Shown here piece by piece: positions 9,140 to 17,274 of a DNA stretch of 64,000 nt. Under the pieces are notes generated by a model. The model did no database searches, was not told where the DNA came from, and worked only from the letters and a program-made list of their open reading frames with translations. The stretch is from Pseudonocardia sp. (GTDB lineage Bacteria; Actinomycetota; Actinomycetes; Mycobacteriales; Pseudonocardiaceae), in assembly GCA_025869365.1 (NCBI GenBank), contig JAOZVV010000002.1:11495-75494 (forward strand), written 5' to 3'. The position numbers and the translations under genes were made by a program. Every line of letters begins with the position of its first letter. Position 1 is the first letter of the stretch.

Positions 9140-10009
9140 ATGCTCCCCTCGCCCGGCGCCGTGGTGCCCGTCGCCGTCGTGACCGACTCGACGACGGACC
9201 TCCCGCCCTCCGAGGTCGTCCGCAACTCCATCACGGTCGTGCCCCTCGAGGTCCGGCTGGGTGAGCGGACCGGCCGCGACGGCATCGACATCGGCCCGGG
9301 GGACCTCAGCGCCGCGCTCGCGGACCGGGCCCTGGAGGTCCAGACGTCCCGCCCGACGCCGGCGGCGTTCGTCGAGGTCTACCGCCGCCTGCTCGCGGGC
9401 GGCGCCCCGTCCGTGGTGTCCGTGCACCTGTCCCGCGAGCTCTCCGGGACCTGGGACGCGGCGCGCCTCGCCGCCGAGGAGATCGGCCCGGAGCGGGTGC
9501 GGGTCGTCGACTCCCGCGCGGTCGCGATGGGCCTCGGCTACGCGGTGCTGGCGGCGGTCAGGGCGGCGGAGGCCGGTGCCGCCGGGGCCGCGGTCGAGGA
9601 CGCCGCCGCGGCGGTCGCCGCCCGTTGCCGGGTGTTCTTCTGCGTCGACGACCTGGACCGGCTCCGCCGGGGCGGCCGGATCGGCGCGGCCACCGCCCTG
9701 CTCGGGACGGCGCTGGCGGTCAAGCCGATCCTGCACCTGTCCGAGGGGCGGATCAGGCCACTGGAGAAGGTACGGACCGCCGCGCGCGCCACCCAGCGGC
9801 TCCTCGAGCTCGCGGTGAAGGCCGCGGGTGAGGGTGCGGACCTGGCGGTGCACCATCTCGGTGCGGCGGAGCGGGCGGAGGAGCTGGCGGACCGCCTGCG
9901 GGAGCGGCTGCCCACGGCGTCGCGGCTGCTGGTGTCCGAGGTGGGCGCGGTGCTCGGGGCACACGTCGGGAACGGGACCCTCGGAGTGGTCGTGGTGCCG
10001 CGCGCCTAG
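9140..10009 (+). CDS. DegV family fatty-acid-binding protein
   Basis: 289 aa. VAVVTDSTTDLP... and ...GAHVGNGTLGVVV are characteristic DegV ends. Confidence 0.9.
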   Translation: MLPSPGAVVPVAVVTDSTTDLPPSEVVRNSITVVPLEVRLGERTGRDGIDIGPGDLSAALADRALEVQTSRPTPAAFVEVYRRLLAGGAPSVVSVHLSRELSGTWDAARLAAEEIGPERVRVVDSRAVAMGLGYAVLAAVRAAEAGAAGAAVEDAAAAVAARCRVFFCVDDLDRLRRGGRIGAATALLGTALAVKPILHLSEGRIRPLEKVRTAARATQRLLELAVKAAGEGADLAVHHLGAAERAEELADRLRERLPTASRLLVSEVGAVLGAHVGNGTLGVVVVPRA

Positions 10010-10180
10010 TGCGGGGTCGCCCGGGACGCGCCCGGGCGACGCGGCGGCGCGCAGCATGCCACAGCGCACCGACAGGAACACTCGATCCGGGTCGTCCGGG
10101 GGCGGATCGTCCACACCGGCTCCCGGTCATCCACAGGTCGGTATCTCGTCCGCGATCGGGGGCTACGCCGCCCTAGCGTC

Positions 10181-11353
10181 GTGTCCGTGGCCCGGCGCGC
10201 AGTCCCCTCCGTCCCCGGTACCCGGTTGGCCGCGGTTCTCGGGACGCCGCGGAGGACCCCGCTGGGCCGCCCGTACCCGGATCACGCCGAGACGCCCGCC
10301 CGTCCTGATCGGGACCGGCCTGGTCCTGAAGGTCCTGACGGCCCTGACGCTTCTGGCGGCCCTGATCCTGACCGCTCCGATCCCGGCCGCTCCGTCCCCG
10401 CCGAGGTGTCCGACCCGCCGACCGTGCCCATCCCGTTGCCCCTGCCCGTACCGAGGCCGCCGGCCGGGTCCGTCCCGACGGGGGAGCCGAGGTGGGACGG
10501 TCGGGCGGGGCTGTCCGGGCCGGACCCGGATACCGGAGGCCTTCCGGAGGAGGCCTCCTCCGGATCGGCCGGTCGTGTCCGTGCATCCGGCGGGCCCGCG
10601 GCGCGCCCGAACACGCTCGGGAGACTCACCCGCAGGTGGGTCCCCGAGGGCTGGCGTGGTGCGCGGCTGGATCCAGGGCGTCCGGGCGCGGTCGCCCTCG
10701 TGCTGGTCGCCGTGGTCGCGGCGGCCATCGCGGCGGTGGGGGTGTGGAGCGGACGGCCCCAGGCGGAGCCGGTCGGCGGACTGCCGGTGGTGGGGATCGA
10801 CACCACGATGCCGTCGGCGTCCGGCGTGCCGGCCACCGCCACCGCCACCGCCACCGGAGACCCTCCGGCTGCCGGCAGCACCACGGGAGGGCCGTCCGCC
10901 GCGCCGGGCGCGCAGCTCGTCGTCAGCGTCGCCGGGCGGGTCCGCAGGCCCGGGCTCGTCCGGGTGCCGGACGGGTCCCGGGTCGCCGACGTCCTCGAGG
11001 CCGCGGGAGGCGCCCTGCCCGATACGGACCTGGCGCCCCTCAACCTGGCCCGCCGCGTCGCGGACGGTGAGCAGGTGTCCGTCGGGGTCCCGGCCGCGGC
11101 GGACGCCGCCACCGCCGGGACCGCCGCATCCGGCGGCACGGGCGCGGCCGCCGCGACGGGCGGGAAGATCGATCTCAACTCCGCCTCGCTCGAACAGCTC
11201 GACGGGCTGCCCGGGGTCGGGCCGGTCACCGCGCAACGCATCCTCGACTGGCGCGTCCGCAACGGGCGATTCGCGCGGGTGGACCAGCTCCGCGAGGTCG
11301 AGGGAATCGGGGAGCGACGGTTCTCCCAGCTCAAGGACCAGGTGACGGTGTGA
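10181..11353 (+). CDS. comEA: ComEA family DNA-binding protein (Pro-rich N-terminus, one TM, C-terminal helix-hairpin-helix)
   Basis: C-terminus KIDLNSASLEQLDGLPGVGPVTAQRILDWRVRNGRFARVDQLREVEGIG. TM segment AVALVLVAVVAAAIAAV. The start codon is uncertain. Confidence 0.8.
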   Translation: MSVARRAVPSVPGTRLAAVLGTPRRTPLGRPYPDHAETPARPDRDRPGPEGPDGPDASGGPDPDRSDPGRSVPAEVSDPPTVPIPLPLPVPRPPAGSVPTGEPRWDGRAGLSGPDPDTGGLPEEASSGSAGRVRASGGPAARPNTLGRLTRRWVPEGWRGARLDPGRPGAVALVLVAVVAAAIAAVGVWSGRPQAEPVGGLPVVGIDTTMPSASGVPATATATATGDPPAAGSTTGGPSAAPGAQLVVSVAGRVRRPGLVRVPDGSRVADVLEAAGGALPDTDLAPLNLARRVADGEQVSVGVPAAADAATAGTAASGGTGAAAATGGKIDLNSASLEQLDGLPGVGPVTAQRILDWRVRNGRFARVDQLREVEGIGERRFSQLKDQVTV

Positions 11354-14046
11354 GCGGCATCGTCGCGCGGGCTGCGTCCGAGGCGCCGGACGAGGTGGAA
11401 CCGCGCATCCGGCCGGACCTGAGGCTCGTCCCCGCCGCCCTCGCCACCTGGGCCGTCGTCCTCGCCGGGGTCGTCGCCGGGCCTCTCGGCGGGATCGCGG
11501 GCGTCGCGCTCGCCACCGTCGGCCTGCTCGCGGCCCTGCTGAGGCTGCGCGACGGTGGTCGGGGCGACGGTCGCACGGGCGGTGGTGGTCGGCGTGGTCG
11601 TGGTCGGCGTGGTGGTCCGGGCGGTGGCGGTCGGGGCGGCGCCGGGCAGGACGGCCGTGAGGGCGGCCGGCGCGGGCCCGCGCTGCTCGCCGCCGCGGGC
11701 TGCGCACTCGCGGCCGGGGTCCTGATCACCGTGCACGCGGTGCAGGTGCAGGAGCACCCGTTGCGGGTCGCGGCCGAGCGGGGGTCGGCGGCGACCCTGC
11801 GCGTCCTGCTCACCGACGACCCGCACGTCCTCACCTCGCCCGGTTACGGGGCGACGCCGGGTGGGGACCGGGTGCTGGTGGCGGCGGAACTCGTGTCCAC
11901 CTCCGTCGGCGACGGCACCTGGACCTCGGGCGGCAGGGTACTGCTGATCGCCCCGGCCGAGGGCTGGCGCGAGCTGCTGCCGGGGCAGGAGGTCCGTGCG
12001 GAGGGGCTGCTCGTGCCCGCCCAGCGCCCGGATCTCACGATCGCGGTGCTCCGGGTCCGCGGCCCGGCCACGGAGGTGGGCCCGCCGCCGTGGTGGCAGA
12101 GCGCGGCGGGAACCCTGCGGGACGGCCTGCGCGACGCGGCCGCACGCGCGCTCCCGGAGGCGTCGGCGGGCCTGCTTCCCGGGCTCGCGGTGGGGGACAC
12201 CAGGAACCAGACCTCGGAGGTCGAGACGGACTTCCGGGCTGCGGGCCTCACCCATCTCACGGCGGTCTCGGGCGCGAACCTCGCCATCGTGGGCGGGGCC
12301 GTGCTGTTCCTGCTGCGCCGGGCCCACGCCGATCCCCGGCTCGCCGCCCTGTGCAGCGGCCTCGCGATCGTCGGGTTCGTGATCCTGGCCCGGCCCTCGC
12401 CGAGCGTCGTCCGCGCGGCCGTGATGGGCGGCGTGGTGCTGCTGGCCCTCGCGGCCGGCCGCGCGCGGTCCGCGCTCCCCGCGCTGGCCGTCGCCGTGCT
12501 CGTCCTGCTGGTGGTGGACCCGTCGCTCGCCGTCGACGCCGGGTTCGCCCTGTCGGTGCTGGCCACCGCCGCGCTCGTGCTCATCGCCCCCGGATGGGCC
12601 CGGGCCTTCGGGCGCCGCGGTGTGCCGCCGGGAGCGGCGGAGGCGCTCGCCGTCCCGGCCGCGGCCTGCGTGGTCACCGCACCGCTGATCGCAGGGCTCA
12701 GCGGCCAGGTCAGCCTGGTGACGGTCCTGGCCAACCTGGTCGTCGTCCCGGCCGTGGCACCGGCGACGGTGCTCGGGGTCCTCGCGGCGGTCCTGTCCCC
12801 GCTCGGTGCAGACCTCGCGACGGCGCTGGCCTGGGTCTCGACCCCCGCCGTCGGGTGGCTGGTCCTCGTCGCGGACCGCGCCGCCGCCGTGCCCGGGGGC
12901 GTGGTGACGTGGCCGGACGGGCTGCTCGGGGCGGGGTTGCTCGCCCTGGTCCTGCTCGTCCTGGTGCTGTTCTTCCGCTCGCCGCGGTGGCGGGCGCTGC
13001 TGCTGGCGGTCCTGGCCGGGCTGCTGCTCGTGCTGGTCCCCACCCGGGTGAGCCGGCCCGGCTGGCCGCCGGCCGGCTGGGCGGTGGTGGCCTGCGACGT
13101 CGGGCAGGGTGACGGGCTCGTGCTCGCCACCGGAACCCCCGGCTGGGCCGTGCTCGTAGACGCGGGGCCGGACGACGGCCTGATCGACGCCTGCCTGAGC
13201 CGGCTCGGCGTCCGCGGGCTGGCGCTGGTGGTGCTCAGCCACCTGCACGCGGACCACATCGGCGGGCTCACCGGGGCGCTGCGCGGCCGCGCGGTGTCCG
13301 GGATCGCCGTCGGGCCGGCGCGCGAGCCGCGATGGGCGTTCGACCGGGTCGCGCGGGAGGCGTCCGCGGCCGGCGCGCCGCTCGTCGAGCTGGACCGGGG
13401 GCGGCGGCTGACCTGGCCGGGTCTCGTCCTGGACGTCCTGGCCCCGGTGCACCCGGCCACGTACGTCGACCCCGAGGACGGCACCCAGGTCAACGACACC
13501 TCGGTCGTCCTGCGGGCGCAGACACCGGCGGGCAGCGTCCTGCTCACCGGGGACGTCGAGCTCGACGCGCAGGCCGACCTGCTCGCGTCCGGTTCACTCC
13601 TGCGCGCGGACGTGCTCAAGATCCCGCACCACGGCTCGCGGTACTCGAGCCTGCAGTTCCTCGCGGCCGTGGCGCCGCGGGCGGCGTTGGTCAGCGTGGG
13701 GGCGGGGAACAGCTACCGGCACCCGAACCCGGGGTTGCTGGAGGCCCTGACCCGGGCGGGGGTCGCCGTGCGCCGGACGGACCAGTCCGGGGACCTCGCC
13801 GTCGTCGCGGATCCGGGCACGCCGGCGAGCCCGCAGCTCGTCGCGCGGGGGAGTCCGTTGCCGGCCCCACGCCGACGCGGCCCGCCCCGGGGTCGGGACG
13901 GGCCGCGTCGGAGGCCGAACGGTGCGGGGTGCTCGCCGAGGTCGCTCAGCCCTCGAGGAAGGACAGCGCCTCGCGCACGGCCTTGCTGGTGGAGGGCACG
14001 GTCGCGGTGGGACCGACCTGGCCGGACACCGCGTCGAGGGTCTTGA
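11350..14046 (+). CDS. comEC: ComEC/Rec2 family competence channel with C-terminal metallo-beta-lactamase domain
   Basis: GTG overlaps the comEA stop. Polytopic membrane core. MBL motifs VVACDVGQGDG, LSHLHADHIGG, KIPHHGS. The 3' tail overlaps the convergent thrC-like gene. Confidence 0.85.
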   Translation: MSGIVARAASEAPDEVEPRIRPDLRLVPAALATWAVVLAGVVAGPLGGIAGVALATVGLLAALLRLRDGGRGDGRTGGGGRRGRGRRGGPGGGGRGGAGQDGREGGRRGPALLAAAGCALAAGVLITVHAVQVQEHPLRVAAERGSAATLRVLLTDDPHVLTSPGYGATPGGDRVLVAAELVSTSVGDGTWTSGGRVLLIAPAEGWRELLPGQEVRAEGLLVPAQRPDLTIAVLRVRGPATEVGPPPWWQSAAGTLRDGLRDAAARALPEASAGLLPGLAVGDTRNQTSEVETDFRAAGLTHLTAVSGANLAIVGGAVLFLLRRAHADPRLAALCSGLAIVGFVILARPSPSVVRAAVMGGVVLLALAAGRARSALPALAVAVLVLLVVDPSLAVDAGFALSVLATAALVLIAPGWARAFGRRGVPPGAAEALAVPAAACVVTAPLIAGLSGQVSLVTVLANLVVVPAVAPATVLGVLAAVLSPLGADLATALAWVSTPAVGWLVLVADRAAAVPGGVVTWPDGLLGAGLLALVLLVLVLFFRSPRWRALLLAVLAGLLLVLVPTRVSRPGWPPAGWAVVACDVGQGDGLVLATGTPGWAVLVDAGPDDGLIDACLSRLGVRGLALVVLSHLHADHIGGLTGALRGRAVSGIAVGPAREPRWAFDRVAREASAAGAPLVELDRGRRLTWPGLVLDVLAPVHPATYVDPEDGTQVNDTSVVLRAQTPAGSVLLTGDVELDAQADLLASGSLLRADVLKIPHHGSRYSSLQFLAAVAPRAALVSVGAGNSYRHPNPGLLEALTRAGVAVRRTDQSGDLAVVADPGTPASPQLVARGSPLPAPRRRGPPRGRDGPRRRPNGAGCSPRSLSPRGRTAPRARPCWWRARSRWDRPGRTPRRGS

Positions 14047-15217
14047 GCCCGTCTCCGGTGATGAGCAGGACGGTCTCGGCGTCCGGGTCGATCTTCCCGG
14101 CCTCGATGAGCTTCTTCGCCGTCGCGACGGTGACGCCACCGGCGGTCTCGGCGAAGACACCCTCGGTGCGGGCCAGCAGCCGGATGCCCTCGACGACCTC
14201 CTCGTCTGTGACGTGCCCGACCGCGCCTCCGGTGCGCCGCACCGAGTCCAGCACGTAGGGGCCGTCCGCGGGGTTGCCGATGGCGAGCGAGCGGGCGATC
14301 GTGTCCGGCTTGACCGGCTGGATCACGTCGTGGCCGTTCTCGAACGCCGCGGCGACGGGCGAGCAGCCCGTGGCCTGCGCCCCGAAGATCGTGTACGGGG
14401 TGTCCTCGACCAGGCCGAGCTTCACGAACTCCCCGAAGCCCTTGTCCACCTTCGTCAGCTGCGAACCGGAGGCGACCGGGATGACGATCTGCTGCGGGAG
14501 CCGCCAGCCGAGCTGCTCGGCGACCTCGTAGCCCAGGGTCTTGGACCCCTCCGCGTAGTAGGGCCGGACGTTGACGTTCACGAACGCCCAGTCCTCGTGC
14601 TCCGCGGCGAGTTCGGTCGCCAGGCGGTTGACGTCGTCGTAGTTGCCGTCGACGGCGAGCAGCGTGCCGCCGTAGACCGCGGTGGTGGTGATCTTCGCCT
14701 GTTCCAGGTTGGAGGGGATCAGCACGACCGAGTCCCAGCCGGCGCGGGCGGCGGCCGCGGCGACGGCGTTGGCGAGGTTGCCGGTGGAGGGGCAGCAGAG
14801 GACCTTGAAGCCGAGCTCGCGGGCGGCGGCGAGGGCGACCGCGACGACGCGGTCCTTGAACGAGTGCGTCGGGTTGCCGGTGTCGTCCTTGACCCAGAGC
14901 TTGCGGAGGCCGAGCTCGGCGGCCAGCCGGTCCGCCCGGATCAGGCGGGTCAGGCCGGGCTCGGTGTTCGGGATGTCCCGGACGTTCGCCGGCACCGGGA
15001 GGAGGTCCCGGTAGCGCCAGATCGACTCGGGGCCGGCCTCGATCGACTCGCGGGTGACCGTGGGGAAGTCGTAGGCCACCTCCAGCGGCCCGAAACACTG
15101 CGGACACGCGAACTCCGCGGCGAGCGGGATCTGGTGGCCGCACTCGCGGCAGGAGAGCGCGCGAGCGGGGCCGAGGTCGTACGACGTGCCGGCAGGGATG
15201 TCTGCAGTGAGAGTCAC
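13946..15217 (-). CDS. threonine synthase family PLP enzyme with N-terminal Zn-ribbon (possible MetM-type homocysteine synthase)
   Basis: 423 aa. CRECGHQ...CPQCFGPLEV ribbon. PLP-lysine motif NPTHSFKDR. A SAM-I riboswitch lies immediately upstream. Confidence 0.9.
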   Translation of the reverse strand: MTLTADIPAGTSYDLGPARALSCRECGHQIPLAAEFACPQCFGPLEVAYDFPTVTRESIEAGPESIWRYRDLLPVPANVRDIPNTEPGLTRLIRADRLAAELGLRKLWVKDDTGNPTHSFKDRVVAVALAAARELGFKVLCCPSTGNLANAVAAAAARAGWDSVVLIPSNLEQAKITTTAVYGGTLLAVDGNYDDVNRLATELAAEHEDWAFVNVNVRPYYAEGSKTLGYEVAEQLGWRLPQQIVIPVASGSQLTKVDKGFGEFVKLGLVEDTPYTIFGAQATGCSPVAAAFENGHDVIQPVKPDTIARSLAIGNPADGPYVLDSVRRTGGAVGHVTDEEVVEGIRLLARTEGVFAETAGGVTVATAKKLIEAGKIDPDAETVLLITGDGLKTLDAVSGQVGPTATVPSTSKAVREALSFLEG

Positions 15218-15223
15218 GAGATC

Positions 15224-15370
15224 TCCTCATCTGTCCCGCGTGGTTCGCGGGCCGGAATTGGCACCTGGTTCGTCGACGAGCACACACCGGACGTGTGTGC
15301 GCGGATCGTCGTTCGACGCCGGTTGCCGGGGTTTCAACGGGCCGTTCCCTCTACCCCTCTGGATGAGCCA
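15224..15370 (-). promoter_or_regulatory. SAM-I (S-box) riboswitch; the P1 3' strand overlaps the SD of the downstream thrC-like gene
   Basis: Minus strand: GCUCAUCCAGAGGGGUAGAGGGAACGGCCCGUUGAAACCCCGGCAACC...CAGGUGCCAAUUCCGGCC...ACAGAUGAGGAG, then 5 nt, then GUG. All conserved S-box core blocks are recognisable by eye. Confidence 0.85.
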
Positions 15371-15518
15371 TCTTCAGTTGTCCCGGGGCGGCGCGCGCGA
15401 GCGCAGACCGGTCCCGATGGCGAAGACGGTACGGCACGACTTTCGATCTGCGAAAGTCGGAGTCCCCGATGTGGGAGGCGGGTCACGATTCGTCGGCCCC
15501 GTGCGTCACGATGAGGGG

Positions 15519-16490
15519 GTGAGCCCCGCCGTGTCCCCTCCCGCCCCCGTGCAGCTGATCGTGGGCGAGGAGGAGCTGCTGGTCGAGCGGGCGGTGGGCG
15601 ACGTGCTGCGGGCCGCCCGCTCGGTGGATCCCGAGGCGGAGATCCGCCGGTTCCGTGCCTCGGAGATCAGCCCGGGGGAGCTGGCCGGTTTCCTGAGCCC
15701 GTCGTTGTTCGCCGAGGGCAGGGTCGTCGTGGTCGCGGCGGCGCACGAGGCGAACAAGGAGATGGCCGCGGCGCTCACCGCCTACGCGGACGACCCCGCC
15801 GAGGGCATCGTGCTGGTGGCGCTGCACGCGGGCGGGGCGCGGGGCAAGGCCCTCGGGGACGACCTGCGCAGGCGCGGCGCGCACGTCACCACCTGTGAGC
15901 GGATCACCCGGGCCGAGGCCCGCGCGGACTTCGTCCGGTCCGAGGTGCGCCGGGCGGGCGGTTCGATCAGCCCGGACGCCGTCGCGGCCCTGCTGGAGGC
16001 CGTCGGCTCGGACCTCCGCGAGCTCGCCGCGGCCACCGGCCAGCTCGTCGCGGACGCCGGCGGCGCGATCGACCTGCACGCCGTCCGCCGCTACCACCGC
16101 GGCCGGGCCGAGTCCTCGGGCTTCGCCGTCGCGGACAAGGCGGTGGCGGGGGACCGGTCCGGGGCGCTGGAGGCCTTGCGCTGGGCGCTCGTGCTGGGCG
16201 TCGCTCCCGTCCTGGTGGCGGACGCCCTGGCGGACGCGGTGCGCACGCTCGCGAAGGTCGGTGCCGCGGGGCGGGGTGACCCCAACCGGCTGGCCGGGGC
16301 GCTGGGGATGCCGCCCTGGAAGGTCCGCAAGGCCCAGGGGCAGGTCCGCTCGTGGCGGCCGGAGGGCCTCGCGGTCGCGATCGCGGCGACGGCGCAGGTC
16401 AACGCGGACGTCAAGGGTGCGGCCGCGGACTCGGGCTACGCCCTGGAACGAGCGGTCCTCGCGATCGTCGAGGCCCGCAACCCCCGCTGA
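15519..16490 (+). CDS. holA: DNA polymerase III subunit delta
   Basis: ORF 15186..16490. Conserved start region ...VQLIVGEEELLVERAV. Alternative GTG starts at 15471 (GGAG 8 nt upstream) and 15501. Confidence 0.85.
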   Translation: MSPAVSPPAPVQLIVGEEELLVERAVGDVLRAARSVDPEAEIRRFRASEISPGELAGFLSPSLFAEGRVVVVAAAHEANKEMAAALTAYADDPAEGIVLVALHAGGARGKALGDDLRRRGAHVTTCERITRAEARADFVRSEVRRAGGSISPDAVAALLEAVGSDLRELAAATGQLVADAGGAIDLHAVRRYHRGRAESSGFAVADKAVAGDRSGALEALRWALVLGVAPVLVADALADAVRTLAKVGAAGRGDPNRLAGALGMPPWKVRKAQGQVRSWRPEGLAVAIAATAQVNADVKGAAADSGYALERAVLAIVEARNPR

Positions 16491-16544
16491 TCCGCCGCTC
16501 GAGTGGCTCGAGCGGCGCCGGCTGGTGCTTGAGCGACTCGAGCG

Positions 16545-16598
16545 CCGGAGGCAGGTCGCGCACCGGAGGCACGCCAGGCACCGGAGGCACGACGAAGG
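16545..16598. repeat. imperfect 18-bp tandem repeat x3 (CCGGAGGCA-N9) in the holA/rpsT convergent spacer
   Basis: CCGGAGGCA recurs at 16545, 16563 and 16581. GCACCGGAGGCACG is duplicated exactly. Confidence 0.6.
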
Positions 16599-16623
16599 CG
16601 CCGCCCCATCGGGACGGCGCCTT
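16595..16623. terminator. GC-rich hairpin, candidate bidirectional terminator for rpsT and holA
   Basis: AAGGCGCCG-11 nt-CGGCGCCTT, a 9-bp perfect stem. It lies 18 nt beyond the rpsT stop. Confidence 0.55.
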
Positions 16624-16640
16624 GGTCAGGTGCTCAGAAC

Positions 16641-16904
16641 TTACGCGACGGCCTTCGCGCGCCGGGCCAGCGCCGACTTGCGGTTCGCGGCCTGGTTCTT
16701 GTGGATGACGCCCTTCGAGGCAGCCTTGTCCAGCGCCTTGGCGGCGGCCTTCTGGAGCTCCAGGGCCTTGTCGGTGTCACCGGCGTCGAGAGCCTCGCGG
16801 AAGTGCCGGACGGCCGTCTTCACGGAGGACTTGACCGCCTTGTTGCGCTGACGCGCCTTCTCGTTGGTCTTGACCCGCTTGATCTGGGACTTGATGTTCG
16901 CCAC
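16641..16904 (-). CDS. rpsT: 30S ribosomal protein S20
   Basis: GTG at aa 64 of ORF 16641..17093. [35 protein letters not shown]... Confidence 0.95.
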   Translation of the reverse strand: MANIKSQIKRVKTNEKARQRNKAVKSSVKTAVRHFREALDAGDTDKALELQKAAAKALDKAASKGVIHKNQAANRKSALARRAKAVA

Positions 16905-17101
16905 GCGATTTGCCTCGAGTCGTCGAAGATGTCTGCTGTTCGGGGCCCAGGCGACACCGAACTTGCACATCCGGTCGAGCACGCCGAGCACGCTTCTGCA
17001 CCATGCTAACAGCGACGACGACGCGCGGTTGAACCGCCCCGTTCCGGTGTGCGAGTGCTCCCGCGGTGCCGGGGCAGGTCCATGGTCGCACACGGTCCGC
17101 A

Positions 17102-17198
17102 GGGCCCGGACGCCGTCAGCAAGGGCCCGGACGCCGTCGGCAAGGACCCGGACGCCGTCGGCAAGGACCCGGACGCCGTCGGCAGGGACCCGGACGCG
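17102..17198. repeat. 21-bp tandem repeat, about 4.6 copies (GGGCCCGGACGCCGTCGGCAA-like)
   Basis: Units start at 17102, 17123, 17144, 17165 and 17186 with 0-2 mismatches. The array is intergenic, between divergent rpsT and the ATP-grasp operon. Confidence 0.9.
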
Positions 17199-17274
17199 CC
17201 CCGGTGAACGGGGACTCGGCCGATGTCACCGTGTGTGACGGTCGATCAGTCCGACCGTAACCCGCTCGTAGCAC

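Noticed and set aside
10282-13452. A 1056-aa minus-strand ORF, the longest in the track.
   Set aside because: It is antisense to comEA/comEC. The translation is Arg/Pro/Gly/His-rich low-complexity with no motifs. The + strand frames carry clear ComEA HhH and ComEC/MBL motifs. This is a typical high-GC shadow ORF.
13594-14160. A search for a small ThiS/MoaD-like sulfur-carrier (MetO-like) gene next to the riboswitch-controlled thrC-like gene.
   Set aside because: Only shadow ORFs antisense to comEC or thrC are present, and there is no independent small gene. If a partner exists, it is encoded elsewhere.
17102-17198. Whether the 21-bp array is a CRISPR array.
   Set aside because: The repeats are directly abutting with no spacers, the unit is too short, and there are no cas genes in the window.
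17066-17260. A 64-aa ORF translating the 21-bp repeats as GPGRRRQ x4.
   Set aside because: It has no SD and no family resemblance. Its frame exists only because the repeat length is a multiple of three. It is treated as a non-coding tandem repeat.
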